Shown: one piece after another, positions 31,303 through 41,373 of the stretch
Numbering within the stretch: the stretch's first letter is position 1
How the letters are laid out: every line of letters begins with the position of its first letter
NCBI GenBank assembly: GCA_963693055.1
Contig: OY843751.1
Location: forward strand, 1,600,001 to 1,664,000
Reading direction: 5' to 3'
Length of the DNA stretch: 64,000 nucleotides
Source of the DNA: a bacterium
GTDB lineage: Bacteria; Zhuqueibacterota; Zhuqueibacteria; Residuimicrobiales; Krinioviventaceae
Position numbers and translations under genes: made by a program
The notes under the pieces: generated by a model
What the model was told of the DNA's origin: nothing
The model's database searches: none
What the model saw: the letters and a program-made list of their open reading frames with translations, nothing else

Positions 31303-33417
31303 ATGAAGCAGTTTATTTTAATTGTATTGATGTTTTGTAGTATAGCAGTATCTATGGAATTACCGGAAGATTTTCAGATCATTCCTCATCCTCAGGAAGT
31401 TCAGGTATACGGACAGGAATCCTTATTTTGCAAGGAAATACAAGGCATATTTTTAGATGATGATATTGAACTGCCTGTACTGCCATTTCACCTCTCTGCA
31501 TTACCATTACTTGATAATCAAACTGACAAGAGTTTGGTATTAACCAAACGAAATGCTGATGAACTTGAAGGTAATAGCGAAGGATATATTCTGGAGATTA
31601 ATGCACGCGGCATATCGATTCTGGCAATTGATGATGCAGGTTTCTTTTATGCGTGCCAGACGCTTGAACAAATGATTGAGGATGCTAAAACTGCTCATAT
31701 CGGATTACCGGCATGTCGAATTTTGGATGTACCCGCTTATGAATGGCGGGCAGTTCATTTTGATGTAAAACACCATCTGGACCATATGAATTATTATTAT
31801 GAAAGCATTGATCGGCTTGCCAAATACAAGATCAATGCAATTGTTTTTGAATTTGAGAACAAGCTCCGTTATCAAAAGCGACCACTTGTGGGTTCGTCTC
31901 ATGCTATCAGTATTGAAGAAATGCAGGCTTTATCACAGTATGCCGCTGACAGGCATATTGAGATTATTCCTTTGGTGCAAGGTTTAGGGCACGCTACTTT
32001 TATCCTGAAACATGAAAAATATGTACCTCTGCGTGAACAGGAGGATAATAAATGGGCGTTTTGTCCGTTGAATCCGGAAACCTATGATGTATTGTTTGAT
32101 CTGTATCTGGATGCTATGGAGGCAACACCCAATACCAAATATTTTCATGTGGGTGGTGATGAGGTTGGCAGCATTGGTATTTGTGACCGTTGCAAGGGGT
32201 ATGGTCAGGAATATGGACAGTTGGGATTAAATCTGTACTGGTTAAACAAAGTTTGTGAGTTTATTAGAGAACAGGGACGTATTCCTATTTATTGGGATGA
32301 TATGCTGTTCAAAGAAGCCGATTTGTGGAAATCTGTGCAACGCGACGGTGAAACATCTCCGGAAGAGACAGCCGCCATGTGGGAAAAAGGATTGGGGAAA
32401 TTGAACGCGTTCCGTAGCAAGCTACCCAATGATGCTGTGTTTATGCGCTGGAATTATGATAATGGAGATTCACCCGGTAGCGGCAGAGCATTGGATTTTT
32501 ATATTGATCAGCACTTGCCTGCTGTAATAGCAACTGCCGCGCAAACAACGAATACACTGGTTCCTGGATTGGAAAGAACCACAACCATCAAAAGGTTCAC
32601 GGAATTCGCTCATGAACATGGAATTAACGGATCTTTATGTACCGCATGGGATGACAGTTCTCCGCTAATGGAACTCTATTGGCGGGGGTGGGTTACCTCG
32701 GCTGAATATACCTGGGCACCGGGTAAACGAAGTATGGATGAATTTGAAACGGCAATGTTTCAGCGAGAGTTTGGTTTAAACAGATTCCCGGTATATGAAA
32801 CCCTTGCGCCGGGTACGGAATTTTGGGACCGTTCTTATTTCAAGTCAGGAACGCGCAGAAGCCGTTCAAATGCAATGGTGCCAATTGCTTCTGCCAGTCA
32901 CTGGACCAGTAACAAAAAAATTGAATACATTGAAAATAATGAGAAATTTATTGCCTTGCCTAATCCTGAAAAACCGGGTGAATGGAGAAAACAGAACCGG
33001 GAAAAGCTTGATAAAGCAAAAGAACTGGTAAACAGTGATAAGAATACCCAAGCCCTGCTGAAAAAAATGTACAACAATGCCAGCCGAAATCGTTATGGGA
33101 TTGAAGTGTTGATGGCAATTCATGAACTTCAATCTACTGCTCCCCGCATGTTTCTGGCAATGGCTGCATGTGATGTTGCAAACAAAACAAAAAGAGTAAA
33201 AGGATTTGAGCAGATCAAGATTGAAAGAGAAAAGTTTGAAAAGGCTGCTGAAAACCTTGAACGGGTTTATGGTAAAATCCGCTTTTTATCGAATCCTGAT
33301 GGGTATGTGCCAGACCGTTATTTTCATTGGGCCAGTCAGGCTGAAGATATTTCGTTCATGTTCCAGGTTGAACGTGGATTTCATCAATGTCTTGATGAAT
33401 GGATGTCTAAAAATTAA
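31303..33417 (+). CDS. GH20 beta-N-acetylhexosaminidase-family protein
   Basis: EGYILEI..G.FYACQTL.Q N-domain, PLVQGLGH, catalytic FHVGGDE and WDDM motifs. Confidence 0.9.
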   Translation: MKQFILIVLMFCSIAVSMELPEDFQIIPHPQEVQVYGQESLFCKEIQGIFLDDDIELPVLPFHLSALPLLDNQTDKSLVLTKRNADELEGNSEGYILEINARGISILAIDDAGFFYACQTLEQMIEDAKTAHIGLPACRILDVPAYEWRAVHFDVKHHLDHMNYYYESIDRLAKYKINAIVFEFENKLRYQKRPLVGSSHAISIEEMQALSQYAADRHIEIIPLVQGLGHATFILKHEKYVPLREQEDNKWAFCPLNPETYDVLFDLYLDAMEATPNTKYFHVGGDEVGSIGICDRCKGYGQEYGQLGLNLYWLNKVCEFIREQGRIPIYWDDMLFKEADLWKSVQRDGETSPEETAAMWEKGLGKLNAFRSKLPNDAVFMRWNYDNGDSPGSGRALDFYIDQHLPAVIATAAQTTNTLVPGLERTTTIKRFTEFAHEHGINGSLCTAWDDSSPLMELYWRGWVTSAEYTWAPGKRSMDEFETAMFQREFGLNRFPVYETLAPGTEFWDRSYFKSGTRRSRSNAMVPIASASHWTSNKKIEYIENNEKFIALPNPEKPGEWRKQNREKLDKAKELVNSDKNTQALLKKMYNNASRNRYGIEVLMAIHELQSTAPRMFLAMAACDVANKTKRVKGFEQIKIEREKFEKAAENLERVYGKIRFLSNPDGYVPDRYFHWASQAEDISFMFQVERGFHQCLDEWMSKN

Positions 33418-33431
33418 TTTAGTTTGTATAG

Positions 33432-35501
33432 ATGAAAATAAATTTTAAAAATATTCTTCTGATTATAATGCTACTCATTGTTTGGGTGAATAGTACATTT
33501 TCGGCATCAGACAAGGATCAGTATAATAATCTGGTTAACTGGCAGGCCCGTTGGGGAGATTCTCCTCTAGATTCTGCCGGGGTACCATTATGGAGCTATA
33601 CAGAACAGTCTGATGCGTATTGGGTGAATGTTGATCGCAGTGATTTTTATGGGCATCTCAGTTATGATACGATATGGCTGCGTACCCGATGTCCGGATGA
33701 GGGGTGGGCTGATCCTACTTTGTTTTTGACAGTCGTATTTTATTCTTTAAATGTTTATGTAGATGCAAAAGAAATATATTCTTTTGGTGATTTTGACGGC
33801 CCCGTCAACAAATATACATCCATGCACTGGCATATGTTGCCCCTGGGGAGTGAGGCTGGTGGAGAATGGATTTATTTTCGTGTATATTCGAGTTTAAAAA
33901 CACATATCGGAATACCGGTATTTGCTGATAACAGGGCATTTGTTGCTCCTCAAAAAAAGATTATTTCCTTTTTAATCAATGCCAGTATTGACAGATTTGC
34001 ACTGGGCTTTTTGTTTATTCTTATAGGCATCTTGTCTGTTGATCTGTTTTTTCATCGCTGGCAGTTGAAAAATTATATTTATCTTCCTTTTGCATTGTTT
34101 ACATTGTGCGTAGGTATGGCGTTTCTTTTTTCTTCCGAAGTGTCGCAATTCATGTTTCCCAATGATGTTTTTCGGTTGTCAGGGGCTTTAGTGGGTGTGT
34201 TGTTTTTTCCCGTAGGTTTGTTCATGTTTTATGAATATATCGTTTTCCCGGCCCATAAACGCATTATGCGCATGCTGTGGCAGTCCATTCTCATTATAGC
34301 AGTTTTGATCATCTTGTTTGAATTTACCAATGTTATCTCGTTCGATTCTATTTTGTACCCGGTTTGGGTAGTTTTGATTTTTTTGACTTTTCTGGTAGCT
34401 ATAGGTTTTGGTATTTATGGAACACTCAAGGGAAACATGGAGACCAAAACATTTAATGTTGGTTTTATAATTATGACCCTTTTTATTTTGCATGATATTT
34501 TGTTCATGTTTGGTATCATTCCATACTGGAGATGGACTGCACAGTGGGGTGTTTTGGTTTTTGTATTGTCTTTGCTGCACATTATTGAGAGACGTAATCT
34601 GGAGGATCGTGAAAAACTGATTCAATATTCGAATGAACTCAAAGAGTATGGCAATACACTTGAACAGCGAGTTAAGGAACGCACATTGGACTTGCGTAAT
34701 AAAAATATAAAGCTCGAAGAAACCATGCGCGAGCTGCAAGAAACGCAGCAGCAACTTGTACTGAAAGAAAAAATGGCATCTTTGGGCCATCTGGTAGCAG
34801 GAGTAGCGCATGAACTCAATAATCCTATTGGTGCGGTTATCAGTGCCGCAAATGTGTTGCATCGCGGTGTTGAAAAGATCAAAAACAGCATAATGTCGGC
34901 CAAATCTCTTGATGAGGTTAAAACAGACAAGGTTGAACAAACGTTAGAGATTCTGGCCCAGAATAACGCCATTATTACAGAGGGCGGAAAACGGGTAGCG
35001 CAGATTGTCAAGAGCTTGAAAAATTTTGCTCGTCTGGATGAAGCAGAGTTTCAAAAAGCGGATATAAATGAGGGGCTTGATAGTACCATTGAATTGCTTC
35101 ATCATGAATTGAAAAATCGTATTGATGTAATCAAAGAGTATGGGACTTTGCCCAGGATTTCCTGTTTCCCAAATCAATTGAACCAGGTGTTTTTAAATAT
35201 TATTGCCAATGCTGCCCAGGCAATACCAGGTGACGGAGAAATTCGTGTCCTGACCCGGCACATTAATTCAAGCGTAGAGGTTTCAATTGCAGATACCGGA
35301 ACCGGTATTCTCCCGGAACATATTGAGCATGTTTTTGATCCCGGGTTTACTACCAAAGGTGTTGGTGTGGGCACTGGATTGGGACTGTCTATCAGTTATA
35401 ATATTATTAAAAAGCACAATGGGGATATAAGTGTTAAAAGTGAACCGGGAAATGGTGCTGTCTTTACAATTACCCTGCCTCTTGAACAAAAACCATCATA
35501 A
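33432..35501 (+). CDS. Sensor histidine kinase with 7TM-DISM-like input (NtrB-type HisKA)
   Basis: Periplasmic domain and about 7 TM segments; AGVAHELNNP H-box; NQVFLN, DTGTG, FTTK and GTGLGL boxes. Confidence 0.93.
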   Translation: MKINFKNILLIIMLLIVWVNSTFSASDKDQYNNLVNWQARWGDSPLDSAGVPLWSYTEQSDAYWVNVDRSDFYGHLSYDTIWLRTRCPDEGWADPTLFLTVVFYSLNVYVDAKEIYSFGDFDGPVNKYTSMHWHMLPLGSEAGGEWIYFRVYSSLKTHIGIPVFADNRAFVAPQKKIISFLINASIDRFALGFLFILIGILSVDLFFHRWQLKNYIYLPFALFTLCVGMAFLFSSEVSQFMFPNDVFRLSGALVGVLFFPVGLFMFYEYIVFPAHKRIMRMLWQSILIIAVLIILFEFTNVISFDSILYPVWVVLIFLTFLVAIGFGIYGTLKGNMETKTFNVGFIIMTLFILHDILFMFGIIPYWRWTAQWGVLVFVLSLLHIIERRNLEDREKLIQYSNELKEYGNTLEQRVKERTLDLRNKNIKLEETMRELQETQQQLVLKEKMASLGHLVAGVAHELNNPIGAVISAANVLHRGVEKIKNSIMSAKSLDEVKTDKVEQTLEILAQNNAIITEGGKRVAQIVKSLKNFARLDEAEFQKADINEGLDSTIELLHHELKNRIDVIKEYGTLPRISCFPNQLNQVFLNIIANAAQAIPGDGEIRVLTRHINSSVEVSIADTGTGILPEHIEHVFDPGFTTKGVGVGTGLGLSISYNIIKKHNGDISVKSEPGNGAVFTITLPLEQKPS

Positions 35502-35518
35502 AAAAAACAAAATTCAAT

Positions 35519-35576
35519 GTAAAGTTTGCTTGACTTTTTTATTCTGAAATGTTATATTATGTCAAGTTAACTTTAC
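35519..35576 (+). promoter_or_regulatory. Sigma70 promoter with two palindromic operators
   Basis: TTGACT(35530)-17-TATATT(35553); GTAAAG-N4-CTTGAC at 35519-35534 and GTCAAG-N4-CTTTAC at 35561-35576. Confidence 0.8.
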
Positions 35577-35589
35577 TTTTAGAGATGAT

Positions 35590-35796
35590 ATGAATGAGAA
35601 AATAGTCAATTCTATTAAAGAGCGACGGTCGCAATTGGGGTGGACCCAGGAAGAGCTTGCCAAACATAGTGGTGTTTCGCGTCAGAGTATTATCAGTATA
35701 GAGCGCGGAAAATATATACCCAGCTTGCCTTTGGCATTTCGGTTTGCCCGATTGTTTGAATGTACAATTGACGATTTGTTTCAATTAGAGGAGTAA
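35590..35796 (+). CDS. XRE/Cro-family HTH regulator
   Basis: WTQEELAKHSGVSRQSIISIERGKYIPSL motif. Confidence 0.93.
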   Translation: MNEKIVNSIKERRSQLGWTQEELAKHSGVSRQSIISIERGKYIPSLPLAFRFARLFECTIDDLFQLEE

Positions 35797-35801
35797 TCAT
35801 C

Positions 35802-35996
35802 GTGGATGAACGTTATATTATGCATCGGCTTTATTCTACTCGCCTGGCAGCTCTTGTAGGAGCAGTATCTCTGGGTGTTTGGTTTAATGTTGAAATGTTT
35901 CGCAAAGACATTTATCGCTGGGACCTGTTCATTATCTTGAGTATGATGGCAGTTGTCAAAGTGGTTGCACTGTTGTATTATAAACGTACGAATTAA
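35802..35996 (+). CDS. Small 2-TM membrane protein
   Basis: GAGGAG RBS; MDER start followed by two hydrophobic helices; follows the XRE gene. Confidence 0.75.
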   Translation: MDERYIMHRLYSTRLAALVGAVSLGVWFNVEMFRKDIYRWDLFIILSMMAVVKVVALLYYKRTN

Positions 35997-36009
35997 AAAG
36001 GAGTATTTG

Positions 36010-36246
36010 ATGCTGTTGTTGAGCAAAATTAAGAATTATAAACATATGATTGCAATTGGTCAGATATTAATGGTGGTTAGTATTTTATTTTCGACTATCT
36101 CATTTTTAAGGATTATTGATATTCGTGATTTTTGGTTAGGATTATTAGAAGGAATGGGAATGACCCTGATTGTAATATCTGTTATCTTAAACGTTCGTGG
36201 AATACTCATGTACCGTAAAGAAAAACAGCAAGCAACGTTGAATTAA
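36010..36246 (+). CDS. Small 2-TM membrane protein
   Basis: AAGGAG RBS; two hydrophobic helices. Confidence 0.7.
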   Translation: MLLLSKIKNYKHMIAIGQILMVVSILFSTISFLRIIDIRDFWLGLLEGMGMTLIVISVILNVRGILMYRKEKQQATLN

Positions 36247-36319
36247 TTTTATTAAATTGATATTTAAATCGGTCTCGATGAGGAACTAGTCTGTAAATAC
36301 GGAATGGAAATATAAATAT

Positions 36320-38209
36320 ATGGCACTTTTATCTTTACAAAAGATCAGTATTGCTTTTGGGGGCCCCTTGGTTTTGGATGGGTTGGATTTACAAATTGAG
36401 CGCAATCAGCGGGTGTGTCTGCTGGGACGTAACGGCGAAGGCAAGTCCACGTTGATGAAGATCATACATGGTGAGCTGGCTCCTGACGACGGAGTTGTAC
36501 AAAAAGAGCAGAATACAAGTATCTCTTATTTTACCCAGACTATTCCTCATGACCTTGAGGGACCAGTGTTTGAGATTATTGCAAAGGGTTTGGGAATAAA
36601 GGGAGAGCTTTACGCAAAATATCATCGTGAAGAGCGGCGTCTTTTAAATGCAGGTGACAGTGATCACAGCACACTCGGTGCAATTCATCAGGAGCTTGAC
36701 GCGGTAAACGGCTGGAGCTCGGTTGAGGCAATTTCCAAAATCATGTCTTTGATGAAGCTGGATGAGGATTGGCAGTACCAGGAACTGTCCGGCGGGCAAA
36801 AGCGCAGGGTTTTGCTAGCTGCTGCTCTGGTGGCAGAACCGGATCTGTTGCTGCTGGATGAACCCACCAACCATTTGGATATTGATACCATTGCCTGGAT
36901 GGAATCGTTCCTGCTAAAGTCCGGGACTACATTGTTGTTTGTTACTCATGATCGTACATTGTTACGAAATCTTGCTACCCGCATCATAGAACTGGACCGG
37001 GGCAAGATCTATGACTGGTCTTGTGATTATGATACTTTTCTGGAACGCAAGCAGGCGGTGCTGGAAAATCAGGAAAAAGAGTGGGAGCGGTTTGATAAAA
37101 AGCTGTCCGAAGAAGAGGTATGGATCCGAAAGGGCATTAAAGCCCGACGTACCCGTAACGAAGGCCGGGTACGCGCGCTGTTAAAAATGCGTGAGGAACG
37201 CATGCAGCGACGTGAGCAGATGGGCTCCGCAACACTCAAAATCAGCGAAGCGGACAGATCCGGCAAGCTGGTGATAGAGGCCAAAGATATTACGTTTGCG
37301 TATGAGACTGATCCGGTAATCCGTGATTTTAGCACTGTGATTATGCGGGGAGACAAGACCGGTATTCTGGGATCCAATGGATGTGGGAAATCTACATTGG
37401 TGAATTTGTTGCTGGGGAATTTGAAACCCCAATCCGGCAGCATCCGTACGGGAACCAATCTTTCCGTTACCTATTTTGATCAATTGCGGGAAGAACTGGA
37501 TGGGGAAAAATCGGTGCGGGAAAATGTACTGCCTTTTGGGGATATGGTTACCATCAACGGGCGGGACAAGCATATTTATACATACCTGCAGGATTTTCTG
37601 TTTACGCCAGATCGGGCCAAATCCCCGGTCAAGAGCTTGTCCGGGGGAGAACGCAATCGTTTGTTATTGGCACGGCTGTTTATTAAACCCACCAATTTTA
37701 TGGTGTTTGATGAACCTACCAATGATCTGGATGCAGAAACTCTGGAGCTGCTGGAAGAACTGTTGGTGGATTTTCAGGGTACGCTGTTGCTGATCTCGCA
37801 TGACCGTGCATTTTTAAACAATGTGGTGACCAGTACATTTGCTTTTGAAGGTAATGGGATAGTTAAAGAATATGCCGGTGGATATGATGACTGGCTGCGT
37901 CTGCAACCGGACAAGGAAGCGGCAGAAAAGTCAAAAGAAAAAGTTGATAAAAAGGCAAAGTATCTGAAAGAAAAAAAGGCAAAGCAGAAAAAGAAACTCT
38001 CGTACAAAGAAAAACAGGAATATGAACAACTGCAACCCAGAATTGAGGCGCTTGAAGCTGAACAGACGGAGTTGTATGAAAAAATGGGCGACCCTGATTT
38101 TCTGCGGGACAAGGACAGTATGGTAGCTGCCAAAGCGCGCCTGGAAGAGCTGGAAGCCGATATAGATACCGCTTATGAACGGTGGGAGTATTTAGAATCA
38201 TTGGTTTAG
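36320..38209 (+). CDS. uup: ABC-F family ATPase (Uup-like)
   Basis: Two ABC domains (GRNGEGKS, LSGGQ, DEPTN; GSNGCGKS, LSGGE), KGIKARRTRNEGR linker and KKLSYKE C-terminal domain. Confidence 0.9.
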   Translation: MALLSLQKISIAFGGPLVLDGLDLQIERNQRVCLLGRNGEGKSTLMKIIHGELAPDDGVVQKEQNTSISYFTQTIPHDLEGPVFEIIAKGLGIKGELYAKYHREERRLLNAGDSDHSTLGAIHQELDAVNGWSSVEAISKIMSLMKLDEDWQYQELSGGQKRRVLLAAALVAEPDLLLLDEPTNHLDIDTIAWMESFLLKSGTTLLFVTHDRTLLRNLATRIIELDRGKIYDWSCDYDTFLERKQAVLENQEKEWERFDKKLSEEEVWIRKGIKARRTRNEGRVRALLKMREERMQRREQMGSATLKISEADRSGKLVIEAKDITFAYETDPVIRDFSTVIMRGDKTGILGSNGCGKSTLVNLLLGNLKPQSGSIRTGTNLSVTYFDQLREELDGEKSVRENVLPFGDMVTINGRDKHIYTYLQDFLFTPDRAKSPVKSLSGGERNRLLLARLFIKPTNFMVFDEPTNDLDAETLELLEELLVDFQGTLLLISHDRAFLNNVVTSTFAFEGNGIVKEYAGGYDDWLRLQPDKEAAEKSKEKVDKKAKYLKEKKAKQKKKLSYKEKQEYEQLQPRIEALEAEQTELYEKMGDPDFLRDKDSMVAAKARLEELEADIDTAYERWEYLESLV

Positions 38210-38445
38210 ATTGTGTTAATTAGGGGGACAAAAATCTTGGGGCAAAAATTAATTTTCGGCTATTCTTTTGTATTGAAAAGAAAAATCCAGTTTGGTATAT
38301 TATTCTTTATTGGGGCATTTTCATGATTAGTTAAGGGGATCCTCATTAACCTTGAATAACAAGGTTAAAATTTTCATAAATAGATAAATAGTATTTCAGG
38401 CAGTATTAGCTCATTCATAATAACATTTAGGAGGAAAGTCGCATT

Positions 38446-38850
38446 ATGAAGAAAAGACCAGATTCGATTTCGATTATTGGGTGGTATATGATTGTCAGTG
38501 CTATTTTCAGTTTTTTTTCCATAGCCATATCTTTATATATGCCTATGAGTAGAGAAATATTGAAAATGAATCCTGTACCTATCCCTGTTCAGATTTTGAT
38601 TGGGTTTTTGAGTGCAGCTTTTTCTTTAATTACTGGTTTCTTTATGTTAAAGGGGAAAAACTGGACCCGTTGGTTTTATTTGATCTGGATGAGTTGTAGC
38701 CTGATTTATAGTGTTTTTGCCTCACCTATGAAATTCTTGTTAATTCCCGGATTGTTGATTGTAATTTTAATACTCTATTTTTTATTCAGGCCTACGGCAA
38801 GTGCCTATTTTTTATATGAGGAGGACACAAATGTTTCGGCGGGTGCTTAG
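38446..38850 (+). CDS. Hypothetical 4-TM membrane protein
   Basis: KRPDSISII, LKGKNWTR and LFRP motifs; hydrophobic. Confidence 0.75.
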   Translation: MKKRPDSISIIGWYMIVSAIFSFFSIAISLYMPMSREILKMNPVPIPVQILIGFLSAAFSLITGFFMLKGKNWTRWFYLIWMSCSLIYSVFASPMKFLLIPGLLIVILILYFLFRPTASAYFLYEEDTNVSAGA

Positions 38851-39265
38851 TATTATTGTTTATGTAATAGCTGGACATGTTTTTGGTAGCGTGGGAATGG
38901 TGGCTTTTATCAGTATTCCTGCTGATGGTATGTTTAAACTTTTTCTCCTCGGGTTGTTTTTATTTTTTGCGGTTCTGAGTTTAGTAATAGGTTTATTGAT
39001 CTCACCTTCACGCAAGAAAAAACGTGAAGCGGGAATTGTACTGTTTGCGTCGGCAGTTGAAATTGTTTTTATTATTCTGTCGATTATTTTTGTAATACTT
39101 GAACCCAACAAACCGGAAGGGCTGGATTTGGAGCCTTTGTTTATGTTCAATGATTATGTTTGTGGGATTGGTACTTTATTGATTATTATTATTTCCGGAG
39201 TTCTGTTATTCGTGCCAACGAAACCGAATCCTGCCCCAGAAATAAAAACCGAAAGTGATCAATAA
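38831..39265 (+). CDS. Hypothetical 4-TM membrane protein
   Basis: GAGGAGGA RBS before ATG 38831; hydrophobic helices. Confidence 0.72.
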   Translation: MFRRVLSIIVYVIAGHVFGSVGMVAFISIPADGMFKLFLLGLFLFFAVLSLVIGLLISPSRKKKREAGIVLFASAVEIVFIILSIIFVILEPNKPEGLDLEPLFMFNDYVCGIGTLLIIIISGVLLFVPTKPNPAPEIKTESDQ

Positions 39266-39433
39266 GCTCATGTGTGTTTGAATATTATTTATGAATTGAC
39301 TGTTAAATATGCTAAATTACAGTAATTCAGTCAAACCGTACAGGATTTTATTGGTTTCTGTTCTTAAACTATTCTTGTAATGATCTAATTTTAAAAATAC
39401 TATTATAATAGAAACGGTTCGTCAGGAGGATTC

Positions 39434-40165
39434 ATGACCGTTAAAGAAATGTATAACGAAATCCATACCGCAATCCAGTTTGCGTCTGAGGGCAGAGCAC
39501 CTCAGGTGGAGCAGCGGTTTCACAAGCATAATCAATATGTATCGTATGGATTAAAGACCCCGGTATTTCGGGATTTGATGAAAAATATTCGCGGACGTGT
39601 GATGCGTTTATCGTTGGATGACCGGTTATTGTTGGCGCGGCAGTTGTTCGAATCGCATTTGGGCGAACTGGCAGATGCGGGTATCTTTATTCTCGGCTAC
39701 AGTGTAAACGAGTTGACGCCTCATCATTTCAAGAAAATGGACCGCATGATGGACCATTACCGGAGCTGGTCGCAGGTGGATGCCATGTGTTTGTACGTAC
39801 TGCAACCCCTGTTGGCCGCGTATCCGGAGGATACCCTGAAACAGCTTGAGGTTTGGAACGGCTCGGAAAATCGATGGAAGCGTAGAACCAGTGTTGTGGT
39901 GTTTGTACGCAAAGTGGGAAAGACTGCGCAATATACGGATGACGGATTACGCTTGTGTGAGAAGCTGATTTGGGATACAGAAGATATTGTGCTAAAAGGT
40001 GTGGGCTGGGCGCTAAAAGATATGCTCAAAGGTGACCGTGAGCGTGTATTGGATTATGTTAAAGAGCTACGCAGACGCGGAGTATCGTCAGTAATTACTC
40101 TGTACGCAATCCGCGATATAAAGGGGGCAGAAAGAAATGCGATTTTGGATATAGAAAAGCAATAA
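39434..40165 (+). CDS. DNA alkylation repair protein (AlkD-like)
   Basis: YGLKTP, SWSQVD, SENRWKRR and VLKGVGWALKD motifs. Confidence 0.88.
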   Translation: MTVKEMYNEIHTAIQFASEGRAPQVEQRFHKHNQYVSYGLKTPVFRDLMKNIRGRVMRLSLDDRLLLARQLFESHLGELADAGIFILGYSVNELTPHHFKKMDRMMDHYRSWSQVDAMCLYVLQPLLAAYPEDTLKQLEVWNGSENRWKRRTSVVVFVRKVGKTAQYTDDGLRLCEKLIWDTEDIVLKGVGWALKDMLKGDRERVLDYVKELRRRGVSSVITLYAIRDIKGAERNAILDIEKQ

Positions 40166-40199
40166 ACGAATATATGATATAGATTTTGGTTAGACCCTG

Positions 40200-41318
40200 A
40201 TGGAGGCGATTTTGAAGAACAGGCTATTGATTATTATTATAATACTTTTGATATCGGTAATATCTATAACCGGCAAAAATGATCTGGTAGTGTTGAAAAG
40301 TGGAAAACAGATAACCGGTACTGTGGTGAATTATGTTCCGGCAAAAGAAGTTACTATTGTTTCGACTAGTGGCAAGACCCACCATTTCAAGATCAGTGAG
40401 ATCTCTAAAATGAGTCTGAATGTGAAAAAAATAGAGCTAGCCAATGGCATTGTCTATGAAAACACCAAAACCGAGATCATTCCCGGACTGTCAGTCACGG
40501 TTATGGACAAGGATTTACCTTTGGACTATGCTTATAATCGCAATCTCAGTGTAGAACTGGAAGCACCTGTAATTGGGCCCAAAGATGTTAAACCAACGCT
40601 GCCCATGGAACAGTATGCGGAAGTTAAGACCAAATCCATGCCTGAAAATCGATATGCGGTATCTGTGTTTGCAGGATATTATAATCCGTCTTTTCAAGAG
40701 ATGAATGACGGGATTGAAATGATAAAATCGTCTTTTCTGGAATCTGATGCTATTGTTACCGGAGATACCGAGATCAAGGGTTCTATGAACTATGGCCTGG
40801 GACTGGAAATGAACATGACTCCGCGATTGCGGTCCCGCTTGGATGTGTCTTATTGGAGCACCAATTTAGAGGCCCAGGTTCAGGAAAAGATAGATTTTAA
40901 TAATATTGATGTTGATTATCGGTTGAATGCTGATATGGATGTTGCATTGACATCTGTTATGGTTTCACTGCTTTATGATCTGAAAAACAGTGATGGAGGG
41001 ATTCAGCCTTATCTGGGTATCGGGTTGGGATTCAACCACACATCCATAAAATATGAAACTGATATACTGGTCCCGGATGCAGTGGCATCTGGTATGAATC
41101 TGAATACGTTTGAACCCGATGAAGATTATAGCACGAATGATATACTTTATCAAATTGTGGGTGGTGTAGATTATCCTTTATCACACAATCTGGGCGTTCG
41201 GGCAGAAGCAAAATATATTATTGGGGATTATGATCTGGAATTTAAAGAGATACCCTTTCAAGCAAAAGACAATATAAATGGATTTGAAGCGCAGGTGGGG
41301 GTGTTTTATAGGTTCTAG
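40200..41318 (+). CDS. Outer membrane beta-barrel protein with N-terminal extra domain
   Basis: DLVVLKSGKQITG N-domain; QPYLGIGLG, YQIVGGVDY and terminal GVFYRF. Confidence 0.85.
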   Translation: MEAILKNRLLIIIIILLISVISITGKNDLVVLKSGKQITGTVVNYVPAKEVTIVSTSGKTHHFKISEISKMSLNVKKIELANGIVYENTKTEIIPGLSVTVMDKDLPLDYAYNRNLSVELEAPVIGPKDVKPTLPMEQYAEVKTKSMPENRYAVSVFAGYYNPSFQEMNDGIEMIKSSFLESDAIVTGDTEIKGSMNYGLGLEMNMTPRLRSRLDVSYWSTNLEAQVQEKIDFNNIDVDYRLNADMDVALTSVMVSLLYDLKNSDGGIQPYLGIGLGFNHTSIKYETDILVPDAVASGMNLNTFEPDEDYSTNDILYQIVGGVDYPLSHNLGVRAEAKYIIGDYDLEFKEIPFQAKDNINGFEAQVGVFYRF

Positions 41319-41330
41319 TGTGTTGCTTTA

Positions 41331-41358
41331 AAAACCAGGCATTGAGTGCCTGGCTTTA
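41331..41358. terminator. Bidirectional terminator between convergent genes
   Basis: CCAGGCA-TTGAG-TGCCTGG hairpin with A and T flanks. Confidence 0.7.
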
Positions 41359-41373
41359 TTGTTAATACCGAAC

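Noticed and set aside
34188-34940. 250-aa antisense ORF and similar shadow ORFs across the window
   Set aside because: They overlap well-supported genes and show no recognisable motifs
38431-38440. GAGGAAAGTC, resembling an RNase P RNA motif
   Set aside because: It is the RBS of ORF 38446 and no other RNase P elements are present
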